The notes: generated by a model from the letters alone, not told the origin. 64,000 bases of DNA from Thermoplasmata archaeon (GCA_022750335.1 JAKIVX010000008.1:785-64784), one strand, 5' to 3'; numbered from the stretch's first letter, positions 9,394-19,243 are shown. A program made the numbers and translations.

Positions 9394-9777
9394 ATGGCGA
9401 AGATCGGGATCGCCCATATCTATGCCAGCTACAACAACATTCACATCACCATCACCGACCTCACCGGGGCCGAGACCCTCGCCAAGGCGACGGGAGGCAT
9501 GGTCGTGAAGGCGGCCCGGGACGAGTCGAGCCCGTACGCGGCCATGAAGGCGGCCGACCAGATCGCAGCGGCGATCAAGGAGAAGGGGTACGACACCCTC
9601 CACGTGCGGGTCCGAGCGCCGGGCGGCAACCGCTCGCGCTCCCCAGGACCCGGCGCCCAGGCCGCGATCCGCGCGCTCGCGCGGGCCGGGGTCAAGATCC
9701 AGCGGATCGAGGACGTAACGCCCGTTCCGCATGATGGGACCAAGCCGAAGGGTGGCCGACGCGGACGGCGGGTGTAA
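9394..9777 (+). CDS. rps11: 30S ribosomal protein uS11
   Basis: 127 aa; [17 protein letters not shown]...[18 protein letters not shown]. Confidence 0.95.
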   Translation: MAKIGIAHIYASYNNIHITITDLTGAETLAKATGGMVVKAARDESSPYAAMKAADQIAAAIKEKGYDTLHVRVRAPGGNRSRSPGPGAQAAIRALARAGVKIQRIEDVTPVPHDGTKPKGGRRGRRV

Positions 9778-9780
9778 CCC

Positions 9781-10629
9781 GTGACGCCGCTTTCCATTAT
9801 CGAGTTGAAGCCGCGCGCGGCGCTCGTCGAGATCGACACCGCGACCGCGTCCCAAGTGAACGCCATCCGCCGCACGCTGATCGCCGACGTCCCCAAGCTC
9901 GCCATTGAGGACGTGGAGTTCCACTTGGGCCCTATCCGGGACGAGGCGACCGGCAAGGACTACGACTCCTCGACCAGCATGTTCGACGAGGCGATCGCCC
10001 TCCGCCTCGGGCTGCTGCCGATCCCGACCGACCTCTCCGAGTTCCGTCGCAAGTCCGACTGCACATGCGGCGGCGCCGGGTGCCCGCACTGCCAGGTGAT
10101 GTTCTCCATCGACCGGAAGGGGCCGTGCACGGTCTACGCCCGGGACGTCGTTCCCCTCGGCGATGCCACGCTCGCGATCCTCGAACCGGAAATCCCGATC
10201 GTGCGTCTGGGCGCACGCCAGGCTCTCCTGGCCTACGCGACGGCGGTCGTGGGCACGGCCCGCGAGCATGCCAAGTGGCAGGTCGCCCAGGGCGTCGGGA
10301 TGTATCCCCGCCCCCACGTGAAGATCTCGAAGAAGCCCGACTGCACCGACGCGTGCTTGAAGCGGACGGCGGCCTCGTGCCCGGTGAACATCCTCGAGTT
10401 CGCCGGTGGCAAGCTCTCGGTCACGGACGAGCTGAAGTGCATCGACTGCGGCGCCTGCGAGAAAGCCTGCGAGCACGGCTCGATCAAGATCACACCGGAC
10501 ACCGAGGATTTCTTCCTCCGGTTCGAGACGGACGGCTCCCTCACCCCTCGCGAAGCGCTGCGGTTCGCATTGAAGGACCTCAAGCGCCGGTTCGAGGAGA
10601 TGCGCGAGGCGATCCAGGCGATCCCGTAG
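9781..10629 (+). CDS. rpoD: DNA-directed RNA polymerase subunit D (Rpo3) with ferredoxin-like Fe-S domain
   Basis: Sits in the canonical position after S13-S4-S11. Contains Cys clusters CTCGGAGCPHC and CIDCGACEKACEHG. Confidence 0.9.
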   Translation: MTPLSIIELKPRAALVEIDTATASQVNAIRRTLIADVPKLAIEDVEFHLGPIRDEATGKDYDSSTSMFDEAIALRLGLLPIPTDLSEFRRKSDCTCGGAGCPHCQVMFSIDRKGPCTVYARDVVPLGDATLAILEPEIPIVRLGARQALLAYATAVVGTAREHAKWQVAQGVGMYPRPHVKISKKPDCTDACLKRTAASCPVNILEFAGGKLSVTDELKCIDCGACEKACEHGSIKITPDTEDFFLRFETDGSLTPREALRFALKDLKRRFEEMREAIQAIP

Positions 10630-11725
10630 CGCGGTTCGGACTCGTCCAGTCGTAGCGCAGGATCGCCGCGATCGCCCCCAACCCGTCGAGCTTCGCCCCG
10701 TTCTCCCCTTCGTCTCGAACGACGAACAGGCGCGCGCGGGCACTGCGCGCCCGGTCTAGGATCGGGATCACTTCGGGGTCGGTCAGGAGTCGCTCGGAGA
10801 CCAGCAGTGTCTCGACCGCGCCGGCATCGACCGCCTCGGACACCTCGACGCGGCCCACGGCGGCCCGCGTTCCCGCCGCCAAGGAACGGACGAGCCGTTC
10901 GACGAACTCGGCCTCCTCGGCGGCGACGCTCCCTCGGAGGACCTCGGTCGCGCGCCCGGACTTGAGCAACTCGTCTACGCCGACGCGACCGGACTCGGCC
11001 GTGGCGTAGACCTTCACCTTCGACGCCACGGCGGGGTCCTCCTCGTGCAACCGCCGGACGAGCTCCTCCTTGAGGAACCCCGGGCCCGCGATGATCACCG
11101 CGTGCGCGGCGGGGCCTTCCCGTCGGAGGAGTCCGATGAGCTCGTCGGCGTAGGTCTTCCGATCCTTCTCCGCCTGGCCGCCCTCATACCGCTTGCCTGC
11201 GATCGTCCGCTTCAGGTCGGCGACCGGTTCGATCGCGCGTCCGCGCAAGCGCAGCAAGGATGAGTCTCCCCAGTCGACGGCCGCGAGCAGAATGGTCGGC
11301 TCGCCCGCGCTCGCGAGACCCTCCTCGAGCAGGATCCGGTCCCCGGCCGAAGTCGATCGCTTGAGGACGGTGACCTCGTCCCCCTCGTCGAGGTCGAGGG
11401 TGTGGTGGCGACCGATGTCGAACGGCCCCTCGCGTATCGGACCGGTGAAGCGCACGTGTTTGGAGAACCCGTGGAACTCGACCTGCTCGACATCGATGAC
11501 GATCCAGACGCGCCGGCGGACCCGCTCGGCCCCCGGAACGTCCATCGGGGCCTCGGGGTCGCGTCGGGTCGTGGACCCACCGGCGAGATCGCCCGCGCGC
11601 ACGAACCGCGCGATGCGCCACAGGTCGCTCGGGCTCTCGAGGCGGAGGCGGAGCTGACCGGTCGCTGCATCACGATGGAGTAGGCGCACGATCGGCTCCG
11701 AAAGGCCCCGACGGGGCCGACCCAT
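10580..11725 (-). CDS. pelA: Pelota (mRNA surveillance / ribosome rescue factor)
   Basis: 381 aa with an eRF1-like three-domain pattern. The C-terminal ...LGAIAAILRY is typical. Its 3' end overlaps the rpoD 3' end by about 50 nt (convergent). Confidence 0.9.
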   Translation of the reverse strand: MGRPRRGLSEPIVRLLHRDAATGQLRLRLESPSDLWRIARFVRAGDLAGGSTTRRDPEAPMDVPGAERVRRRVWIVIDVEQVEFHGFSKHVRFTGPIREGPFDIGRHHTLDLDEGDEVTVLKRSTSAGDRILLEEGLASAGEPTILLAAVDWGDSSLLRLRGRAIEPVADLKRTIAGKRYEGGQAEKDRKTYADELIGLLRREGPAAHAVIIAGPGFLKEELVRRLHEEDPAVASKVKVYATAESGRVGVDELLKSGRATEVLRGSVAAEEAEFVERLVRSLAAGTRAAVGRVEVSEAVDAGAVETLLVSERLLTDPEVIPILDRARSARARLFVVRDEGENGAKLDGLGAIAAILRYDWTSPNRATGSPGSPRASPRTGA

Positions 11726-11820
11726 AAGCGGCTTTCGCCGAGTTCACGATAGGTTTAATTCGGAAGGGACGGTCCCCCGCCACCGGGAGGAGGTACCACC
11801 TGACCAGTCGTTATGCCGAG

Positions 11821-13116
11821 TTGTTCCGGCAGCGCTCGTTCGGTTCCTTCCTAACGGCCGGCGCCCTTCAATTCGCCGCTCCGGGCACCGCGTCGGTGAT
11901 CCTGTTCTACTCGGTTGCCGTCGCCTATCCGGCTGACCACCGGGCGAGCTATGCGGCCCTCGCCCTCGCACTGCTCGGCCTCTCCTCGACCGTGCCGACG
12001 CTGGTCGCCGCGTTCTATTCGGGGGCGCTCGCGGACCGCTACGACCGCGGGAAGTTGATGCGGCTGGTCAATCTCATCGGGGTCGTCGCCACCGCCGGGT
12101 TGGCGACGCTGTTCGTGTTTCAACCGACCGGACGCCTCTACCTCCCGGGCCCCCCTGGGTTCTATGTCCCGTTCTGGATCCTCCTCATCTTTCCCTTGTG
12201 GGCCGCCGTGATCGTCTCGTCGACCATTTTCCGTCCAGCGTTCAATACGTCGGTCCCGCGGGTCGTGCGTCGGGAACTCCTCGGTCGGGCGAACGGGGCG
12301 ATCTATGCGGTCGCCGGAGGTCTCAGCGCGGCGGGCACGATCGGCGTGGGTGTCCTGCTCACGGTGGCTCCCGCTCCGTACGCGTTCGCGATCCCGTTTG
12401 CGTTGTTCTTCGTGACCCAGGTCGCGCTCGCCGGCGTCGACGTCGACCTCTCGGTCACGCGCACCGGCCCGGTGCACTCGCTCCTCCGGGACGCCCGCAA
12501 CGGATTCTCCTACCTCGCCCGCCATCGGGCGATCCTCCAGATCACGGTCGCCGGCCTCGTCATCAATTTCCTGGTCGCACTCGCGACCGTCGAGCTCGCG
12601 CTCTACGTGACGAGCTGGCTCGCGCTGACCCAGGGGATCTGGTACGGCGCGATGGTCGCCGCCGCGACCGTCGGCGCGTCCGTCGGATTCATCCTGATCG
12701 GCAACGTCCGGTTCGAGCGGGTGGCCGGCCGCGCGCTCATCGGGCTGACGGTCGCCCTCGGCGCGACGCTCTTCGCTCTCGCCCTGGTCCATACGATCTG
12801 GCTTGCCCTTCCGATCATCTTCCTGTTCGGGATCATCCCCGGGATGTTCACCACGATCTTCCTTTCGACCATCCAGTCGACGGTACCGGACGAGATGATG
12901 GGACGCGTCTTCTCCGCCGACGAGGTGGGCAGCTACGCCCTCGTACCGGCCGGGCAGTACGCCGGAGGCGAGCTCACGGTCGCGGTCGGCGTCCAGGGCA
13001 CGTATCTGTTCGCCGGGGCCACGATCGTGGCGTTCGGAGTGTTCATGTTGGCCGCGTTCGGCTCCCTGCGGCGGCTGAACTACCGGAGCGCACCGGCCCC
13101 GACGGCGGACCCCTGA
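11821..13116 (+). CDS. MFS transporter
   Basis: 431 aa, polytopic, with motif-A-like GALADRYDRGKLMRL. The start is TTG and uncertain; the frame is open further upstream. Confidence 0.8.
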   Translation: MFRQRSFGSFLTAGALQFAAPGTASVILFYSVAVAYPADHRASYAALALALLGLSSTVPTLVAAFYSGALADRYDRGKLMRLVNLIGVVATAGLATLFVFQPTGRLYLPGPPGFYVPFWILLIFPLWAAVIVSSTIFRPAFNTSVPRVVRRELLGRANGAIYAVAGGLSAAGTIGVGVLLTVAPAPYAFAIPFALFFVTQVALAGVDVDLSVTRTGPVHSLLRDARNGFSYLARHRAILQITVAGLVINFLVALATVELALYVTSWLALTQGIWYGAMVAAATVGASVGFILIGNVRFERVAGRALIGLTVALGATLFALALVHTIWLALPIIFLFGIIPGMFTTIFLSTIQSTVPDEMMGRVFSADEVGSYALVPAGQYAGGELTVAVGVQGTYLFAGATIVAFGVFMLAAFGSLRRLNYRSAPAPTADP

Positions 13117-14092
13117 ACACCTCGCCGGGCGCGACCGGGACGGCCGCGCGGGAGTACCACGCATGCTCGGGCCCGATCGTCCGGACGAATCCGATATGTT
13201 CGTACAGCCGGACCGCGTGGGTATTTCCTTCGGTCACGTTCAAGGCGGCCACCGTTTCACCGCGCGCCCGGAGGGCATGGAGGTTGGCGAGCACGAGGGT
13301 CCGGCCGAGCCCTCGCCCTTGGGCGACCGGGTCGACCATGACGCTGATGAGGAGAGGCCCGTACGGAGCGCGCACGACCAGCGAGGCCCCGAGCGCCCTT
13401 CCGCCGGACTCCACGAGCGAGGAGGCCCACCCGAGGAACTCCCCGAACCGGCCCCGCATCATCTCGCCCACCCCCCGGGACGAATCCACGGCGGGATCGG
13501 GGTCGCTGAGGTACATGTACTGGTCGAAGGTGCCACCGAAGGCGGCAAGGTGGAGCCGCGCGATCGTGGGTTCATCCTCGGCGATCACCGGTCGCACCTG
13601 AACCCCGATGGGGGCATGGCCCGTAGGAAGGTCGAGCGTCGTCGGCCACCGCATTTCGGAGCGCGAGAACCGTCCGAACCCCCGGGAATTCATGAGCGTA
13701 CGTTCCTCCTCGTCGGACAGGCCGACCAAGCCGCCCGGTGCGAACACGATCGGGCCGACGGCCTCGGTCACCTTCCGGAGTACCGCGTCATAGTCGGCGG
13801 GCCCGCCTTCTCCGGGGATGAGGTAGAGGATCTGCAAGGTGATCCCGGAGGGGTGTCCGACCTCCCAGTGAGCGACGCCGATGGGTCGATCGGCCCTGCG
13901 GATTAGGCGTCCCTCCGTGAACTCACCCGCACGAATCCGCTCGGAAACGGACACGACCCGGGGTTCGGCGTCGGCCGCCGTGCCCGAGCGGACGTAGGCC
14001 GCGACGATTGCGTCGCGGCTCAACTCGACCGCACCGGGCGTGTCGGGTGTGAGAGCCGCGAGTTCGAGCTCGAGGGAAGTGCGGACCACCAC
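13043..14092 (-). CDS. Two-domain GNAT family N-acetyltransferase
   Basis: C-terminal GNAT core VDPVAQGRGLGRTLVLANLHALRARG...AVRLYEHIGF. The N-terminal half looks like a second, degenerate GNAT fold. Confidence 0.75.
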   Translation of the reverse strand: MVVRTSLELELAALTPDTPGAVELSRDAIVAAYVRSGTAADAEPRVVSVSERIRAGEFTEGRLIRRADRPIGVAHWEVGHPSGITLQILYLIPGEGGPADYDAVLRKVTEAVGPIVFAPGGLVGLSDEEERTLMNSRGFGRFSRSEMRWPTTLDLPTGHAPIGVQVRPVIAEDEPTIARLHLAAFGGTFDQYMYLSDPDPAVDSSRGVGEMMRGRFGEFLGWASSLVESGGRALGASLVVRAPYGPLLISVMVDPVAQGRGLGRTLVLANLHALRARGETVAALNVTEGNTHAVRLYEHIGFVRTIGPEHAWYSRAAVPVAPGEVFRGPPSGPVRSGSSAAAGSRTRPT

Positions 14093-14279
14093 GGTCCTAA
14101 CCCGGTTCCGTTCTTGGGCTCGTCGGTCGGCCCGACCATCTCGAAAACAGGCCCCGCGGTGAGACGTCCCTCATCAGCGACCGTCCGCCCCGCGTTCGTC
14201 AGATCTTCTCGGCGTCCTCCCGACTCTCGGCGGGTAGCGTGAAAAGGCCCGCGGCGCTCGGTCGCGCGGACGGGACCTC

Positions 14280-14597
14280 TTGAAGATTCGATTTGGGGGG
14301 ACGGTCGACGCCGACGAAGCCGCTGACGCGTTCATCCTCGCCTTTCTCGCTCGGCACCGAGGAAACCCCGTAGCGGCCGGCCGGATCTGGGAGAGCCTCA
14401 AGTCCCGGGGCCTCACCCCCACGGACGGACGTCCGACGAACTCGAATGAACCCGACGAGGGGGCGGCCACGGCCGAGATCGGCCTCCAACTTCAGAAGTG
14501 GGTCGACGAGGGACTTATCGGAGGCGAAGCCACGCCGGAATCGATCACGGGCATTCGTCACTACTGGGTCATCGGCAAAACTGCGAGCGAAGGCTGA
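14280..14597 (+). CDS. Hypothetical small protein
   Basis: 105 aa with a TTG start. GC3-rich codon pattern and balanced composition make it preferable to the Arg-rich antisense ORF 14199..14684. Confidence 0.4.
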   Translation: MKIRFGGTVDADEAADAFILAFLARHRGNPVAAGRIWESLKSRGLTPTDGRPTNSNEPDEGAATAEIGLQLQKWVDEGLIGGEATPESITGIRHYWVIGKTASEG

Positions 14598-14778
14598 TCG
14601 CCGTATCGGCTGGAGTTGGCCAAGTTTCCGACCTCGACGGGTTCGAGAAAGTCGACACGGATTTTCGACGGTTACCTCGTACATGCCGCCCGAAAAACGG
14701 GCAACGGGTCCCCGCTAAGCCTATCGCGCCCTGAATCCTGCGCGGGTCAGGGCCCCCGCGCGAGGACGAACGGTTCTG

Positions 14779-16344
14779 ATGGCGAGCTCCGACTCCACAC
14801 CGCGATTCGATCACGTGGTCGTCGCGATGTTCGAGAACCGTTCGTTCGACAATCTCCTCGGATACCTCTACGGTCCCGGTGAGAGGCCGGAATTCGAGGG
14901 GGTGGTGGGTCGGAATCTGTCCAACCCCATCCCCCCGTATGCACTCGGGGCCGAGCGGGGGAGCGTCCCGGTCCACCCGAGCGAGATCATGGACAGCCCC
15001 GACCCCGATCCGGGCGAGGAGCACCCGCATACGAACACCCAGCTGTTCGGAACGGTCGTTCCCGAGTCCAACCGGTTCGTTCGCGCCGCCAAGATGGGAC
15101 CCCCCTTCAACGCGCCCTCGGACCCCGCAACCGAACCCACGATGGCGGGCTTCGTCACCGACTACATCAACGCGTTCCGCACGGAAATGGGCCGGCTCCC
15201 CCGCTACGAGGAGTATGCCCAGATCATGTCCTGCCACACGCCGGCCGAGCTGCCGGTCCTCTCGACGCTCGCGCGCCAGTTCGCCTGCTTCGACCATTGG
15301 TTCTGTGAAGTCCCGACCCAGACGTTCGCAAACCGGTCGTTCTTCCATGCCGCCAGCTCCTCGGGGCTGGTCCTCAACGAGCCGTTCGCCAGCTTTCCAG
15401 TCCACAACGACGCCGAGACGATCTTCGAGCGGATCGAGAAGGCCGGGCTCCGCTGGCGGGTCTACTTCGACCCGAACCAGTTGGTCTCGATCACGGGGCT
15501 CATCCACGCCCGCCGTCTCGCGCCGTACTTTGCCACCCACTTCCACTCCCACGAGGACTTCCATCAGGACGCGGCCCAGGGGACCTTGCCCGAGTACTCG
15601 TTCATCGAGCCCAGCCTGATCCCTCCCCACAACGACATGCATCCCCCGTTCACGGCCCGGCTCCAGAAGATCCTCTCCTTCCTCCCACGACCGTCCGCGA
15701 TCGCCGGCGGAGAGTCGCTTCTCGCCCATGTCTACGAGTCGGTGCGCCGATCCTCGAGCCCCAACGGTTCCAACTGGAAGAACACCCTCCTCCTGATCAC
15801 GTTCGATGAGCACGGCGGCACGTACGACCATGTTCCACCGCCGCGTGTCCCCCCTCCGGACCCAGCGGCCCCGGCCGGCCAGATGGGATTCCGCTTCGAC
15901 CGCTCGGGGGTCCGCATCCCCACGATCGCCGTCTCGGCGTGGGTCGACCCCGGGCAGCTCATCCACACCCACTATCGGAGCACCTCCGTCATCCGTACGT
16001 TACGCGAACGGTGGCCGCTCGGGCCGCCCCTCACCGGCCGGGACGCGGTCGCCGCGGACATCGGCCCTGCTCTCACCCGCTCGGTCCCTCGACCCGTGAG
16101 CGAGTGGCCGACATTCCATGTCCCGCCGCCCCCGCGACGAGCGGGGGTCATCGACGCCTTCCTGCGGCCGCTCCCGGCCCTCGGCCGGGACCTCTTCTCC
16201 GCCGCGCTCGCGCACGAAGATGCGAAGGCCGGTGTGGCTCCGCACCCGGACCTTCGGCGCATCTCCCACTGGCGGGCGCGGCGCCACGTGGCGCGACTTC
16301 GGCACGCCCGCTTCCCGCAGGCGACGCGACCGCCGGATCCGTAG
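14779..16344 (+). CDS. Phosphoesterase family protein (phospholipase C / acid phosphatase-like)
   Basis: The N-terminal FDHVVVAMFENRSFDNLLGY and DEHGGTYDHVPPP motifs are typical of the PLC/AcpA phosphoesterase family. Confidence 0.8.
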   Translation: MASSDSTPRFDHVVVAMFENRSFDNLLGYLYGPGERPEFEGVVGRNLSNPIPPYALGAERGSVPVHPSEIMDSPDPDPGEEHPHTNTQLFGTVVPESNRFVRAAKMGPPFNAPSDPATEPTMAGFVTDYINAFRTEMGRLPRYEEYAQIMSCHTPAELPVLSTLARQFACFDHWFCEVPTQTFANRSFFHAASSSGLVLNEPFASFPVHNDAETIFERIEKAGLRWRVYFDPNQLVSITGLIHARRLAPYFATHFHSHEDFHQDAAQGTLPEYSFIEPSLIPPHNDMHPPFTARLQKILSFLPRPSAIAGGESLLAHVYESVRRSSSPNGSNWKNTLLLITFDEHGGTYDHVPPPRVPPPDPAAPAGQMGFRFDRSGVRIPTIAVSAWVDPGQLIHTHYRSTSVIRTLRERWPLGPPLTGRDAVAADIGPALTRSVPRPVSEWPTFHVPPPPRRAGVIDAFLRPLPALGRDLFSAALAHEDAKAGVAPHPDLRRISHWRARRHVARLRHARFPQATRPPDP

Positions 16345-16483
16345 ACGCCTTTGGGCCCCGGCTCTCGACGAACGACCGAAGGACGACCCACGCCCGGTCG
16401 GCCGGCACCGGATTCCGTCGTCGCCCTCTCACCCGGCCGAGGCGGCCGACCGAGCACAGGGATTCAAATACCAGCGATGCGAT

Positions 16484-16888
16484 ATGTCAATCGTCAGACA
16501 AAGCACGGGGTGTTGTCTGACAGACATGGTCGACACGTCCGAGCGGGTCACCGTCAGGATCCCGCAAGAACTCATCGAGAAGCTGAAGCAGATCCAGGAC
16601 GTGCGCGGTTCCCCGACGATCTCCGACACGATCCGAGAAGGTCTCGAACAGTACATCGAACTCCACCTTCCACCCCAGAACGTCCGGAAGGTCGTGGTCG
16701 AACTCTCGCGGCAGGACAATAACCGGCTGGAGGCGTTCGTCCGAGAAGGAAACTCCGTGAGCGTCGACGACGCCGTCCGTTCGGCCGTCCGGGAGTACAT
16801 CCGCGGGCGTCTCGAGCAGGTCGGCGCGACGCGATCCCACCGCCGAGAAGGGGAGGCGCTCACCACCGAGGGCTCCCCACCGCCCTGA
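16484..16888 (+). CDS. Tandem ribbon-helix-helix (CopG-like) protein, CdrS/CdrL-like by position upstream of ftsZ
   Basis: Two RHH modules: RVTVRIPQELIEKLKQIQ...ISDTIREGLEQYI and KVVVELSRQDNNRLEAFVREGNSVSVDDAVRSAVREYI. ATG 16526 is an alternative start. TTCAAATA at 16463-16470 may be the TATA box. Confidence 0.65.
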   Translation: MSIVRQSTGCCLTDMVDTSERVTVRIPQELIEKLKQIQDVRGSPTISDTIREGLEQYIELHLPPQNVRKVVVELSRQDNNRLEAFVREGNSVSVDDAVRSAVREYIRGRLEQVGATRSHRREGEALTTEGSPPP

Positions 16889-16904
16889 GGGCGGGGAGCC
16901 TCCG

Positions 16905-17927
16905 ATGACGAACTCGCCCGAGCTGGATTCTTGGGCCGCGCTCTCCGGCAACCCGTCCGTCGCCGTGGTCGGACTCGGGGGGGCCGGCAGCGAAGCGGTC
17001 GCCGACCTGCTGGCGCTCGGGATACCGGGCGTGCGGGCGTTCGCGGTCAACACCGACGCGAACCACCTGCTCCGCACCGGCGTGGAGGAGCGGATCCTCC
17101 TCGGCCACCGGGAGCTCCGGGGTCGCGGGAGCGGAGGCGACCGGGACGCGGTCCTACGCGGCGCGGTAGAAGGCAAGGAGGAGCTGCTCCGGCGCCTGCG
17201 GCCGTTCGAGATCGTCTTCCTGCTCGCGGGGCTCGGAGGCGGCACGGGCAGCGCGCTCCTGCCCTTCCTCTCGCGGGAGCTCCGCCAGACCAACGCCCTG
17301 CCGATACCGGTCGCGTTCCTCCCGTTCCAGGTCGAGCTCGACACGAACTCGAGCCGTCGCCTCAACGTGGAGGCCACCGTCGCCGACCTCGAGGGGATGG
17401 GCGGGTTCCTGCTCGCCCTCGCGAACGAAAAGCTCCGCCGGTTCGACTCGCTCCCGATCCATCGCGTCTTCCAAGTCCGGAACGCCTACGTCCATTCCCT
17501 CGTCACGAGCCTGGTCGACATGGTCGAGAATCCCTCCCAGATCTCGGTCGACTTTGCCAGCCTCAAGAACCACCTCCGGAACTCGGACCTCTCGACGCTG
17601 GTGGTCGGGGAGTACCACATCTCCGAACCCGAGCGACTCGTGCAGGAGGCGCTCAACGAGACGTTGCTGGACTACCAGATCGACGCCGCGCCCTCGGTCC
17701 TGGTCCACCTCGAGGGGGGGTCCAACTTCACCCTCGGGACCCTCGACCGCGTCCTGCGGGCGCTTCGCCACCGACTGGGCGAACCCGACCGCCTGGTGAT
17801 GGGTACCCGTGTCCGGTCAGAGCCGAGCGAGGTCCTCCGTCTCACCGCCGTCATCGGCGGACTCCTTCCGCGCACGGTCCGGGACGCGGTCATGCCGCCG
17901 CGTTCGCGCCTGGTGGAAGCGCGCTAG
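16905..17927 (+). CDS. ftsZ: FtsZ/tubulin-family GTPase (divergent, FtsZ2-like by synteny)
   Basis: GLGGAGSEAV (G box), AVNTDANHL, RGRGSGGDRD, the tubulin signature GLGGGTGS, and the T7-like ISVDFASLKN. 340 aa, starting 17 nt after the RHH gene. Confidence 0.85.
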   Translation: MTNSPELDSWAALSGNPSVAVVGLGGAGSEAVADLLALGIPGVRAFAVNTDANHLLRTGVEERILLGHRELRGRGSGGDRDAVLRGAVEGKEELLRRLRPFEIVFLLAGLGGGTGSALLPFLSRELRQTNALPIPVAFLPFQVELDTNSSRRLNVEATVADLEGMGGFLLALANEKLRRFDSLPIHRVFQVRNAYVHSLVTSLVDMVENPSQISVDFASLKNHLRNSDLSTLVVGEYHISEPERLVQEALNETLLDYQIDAAPSVLVHLEGGSNFTLGTLDRVLRALRHRLGEPDRLVMGTRVRSEPSEVLRLTAVIGGLLPRTVRDAVMPPRSRLVEAR

Positions 17928-18534
17928 GCCCACCCGCGGCCTCTCGCGCGTCCAATGCGGCGTGGACCAGGTCGACGACCTGGGAGGTGCGAAGGCTCCG
18001 GGGCCCGACCGAGAGCCTTGGCACCCCGGACGCCTGCAACTGGGTCGTCTCGGTCTCCGTCGGGTCGTAGGGGTCGGAGATCACGGCCGCGAGGAACCCG
18101 TCCGGCGGGGTCCAGGCACCGATCGGACCGCCGGACTCGGTCAGCCAGACCGCCCCCGGGAGGCGGAGGAACTCGGCCAACGCCGTGGGGGGGTCGACCG
18201 GACCTACCCGAAGACCGGGGGACGACTCGACCGGATCCGGGTATCCGGCGGAGCGAACGAGGGCGTTCTTCAACAGGGCGGCGGTCGACCGCTCGTCCGG
18301 GTTCAAGTAGCGGACCCGGGCGCCCACCACGTCGATCCGCCGGGCCACGGGCGGGGGCTCGGCCACGAACAGGATCGTGACCTCCGTGTCCCTTCGAAGG
18401 TCGTTCGAGAGGGTGAAGGCGGTCGAGACGGCGCGGGCGACCTCATCCATCCGGCCCGCCCCGCCGGCGAGGTCATTCAGCGTGAACGCCCCGTTCGGGG
18501 GGACCCGGTGGGCCAGGAGAAGGAACCGGCGCAC
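17890..18534 (-). CDS. trmY: tRNA (pseudouridine54-N1)-methyltransferase TrmY (SPOUT)
   Basis: From GTG 18534: RRFLLLAH..., LNDLAGGAGRMDEVARAVSTAFTLSNDLRRD, NPDERSTAALLKNAL and LSVGPRSLRTSQVVDLVHAALD parallel the MJ1640-type TrmY motifs as I recall them. The upstream part of ORF 17890..19116 is a shadow. Confidence 0.75.
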   Translation of the reverse strand: MRRFLLLAHRVPPNGAFTLNDLAGGAGRMDEVARAVSTAFTLSNDLRRDTEVTILFVAEPPPVARRIDVVGARVRYLNPDERSTAALLKNALVRSAGYPDPVESSPGLRVGPVDPPTALAEFLRLPGAVWLTESGGPIGAWTPPDGFLAAVISDPYDPTETETTQLQASGVPRLSVGPRSLRTSQVVDLVHAALDAREAAGGPSALPPGANAAA

Positions 18535-18556
18535 GAGGGCGGGAGGCGTCCCGGCG

Positions 18557-19243
18557 CTAAAGGTCTCGGCTCGGACCCGGGCCAGCGGTCCGCCGGCGGG
18601 GTTTGCTGGGCTGCTTGGGGGCGGGCATCGGGTTCTGCTTGCGCTCGAGCCAAACCTCGTCGCCCAGCTCGTGGTAGACGGCGTGGGCGGCGAGGCCGGT
18701 TCCGTGCTCTCCGTGGGGCAGGAGGAACCCGCCCGATCGATTGGCATTCGAGGAGTAGACCACGTCCTGCTCTCCCGCGGCCGCCATCGCGGCCGACTCT
18801 TCCCGGGCGAGGTCGAAGATGCGGTCCTTGCGGAACATCCAGTAGTGGATCCGCCACTCCCGCCCGTCGTACAGGGTCGTTTCGTCCCGCTCGGTCTCGA
18901 GGATGCCCGTGTCCTCGAGCATGTAGAAGGTATCGCGGTCGTCCGGCTCCAGGACGTTGTCGATGATCCGCTCGTTGAACCCGAAGAAGTTGAGCACGTG
19001 GGAGGCGATCGTCCGGGCGTCCTCGGGGCGCATCCCTTCGTGGCCCACGGAGCGTCGGATCGCCTTCGCCAGCGAGTCGAAATCGACCGGTCCCGCGATG
19101 TCGGAGAGCACGACATCGGTCGGAATTCCCGACCGGGTCGTGGTGATATCGGCGGCCGTCCGGAGGGGCACCGGGTTGCGCAGGGTATACTGCTTCACCG
19201 GGCTCTTCGCATGGGAACCGGCGACGTCACGCATGGGATTCAA
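18557..19243 (-). CDS. Conserved-looking hypothetical protein, function unknown
   Basis: 228 aa with balanced composition (…ARTIASHVLNFFGFNERIIDNVLEPDDRDTFYMLEDTGILETERDETTLYDGREWRIHYWMF…). It has its own TATA box. A second ATG at 19234 fits a leaderless start. Confidence 0.7.
   Translation of the reverse strand: MNPMRDVAGSHAKSPVKQYTLRNPVPLRTAADITTTRSGIPTDVVLSDIAGPVDFDSLAKAIRRSVGHEGMRPEDARTIASHVLNFFGFNERIIDNVLEPDDRDTFYMLEDTGILETERDETTLYDGREWRIHYWMFRKDRIFDLAREESAAMAAAGEQDVVYSSNANRSGGFLLPHGEHGTGLAAHAVYHELGDEVWLERKQNPMPAPKQPSKPRRRTAGPGPSRDL

Noticed and set aside
11785-11821. A possible CTG start (11800) for the MFS transporter, 6 nt after a strong GGGAGGAGG element.
   Set aside because: CTG initiation is rare, and the TTG 11821 product already has a typical MFS N-terminus. 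This is left as a note because the SD-like element is otherwise unexplained.
14199-14684. A 161-aa minus-strand ORF overlapping the 105-aa plus-strand ORF 14280..14597.
   Set aside because: It has Arg-rich, low-complexity composition and poorer third-position GC pattern than the plus-strand frame. The plus-strand ORF is kept, at low confidence.
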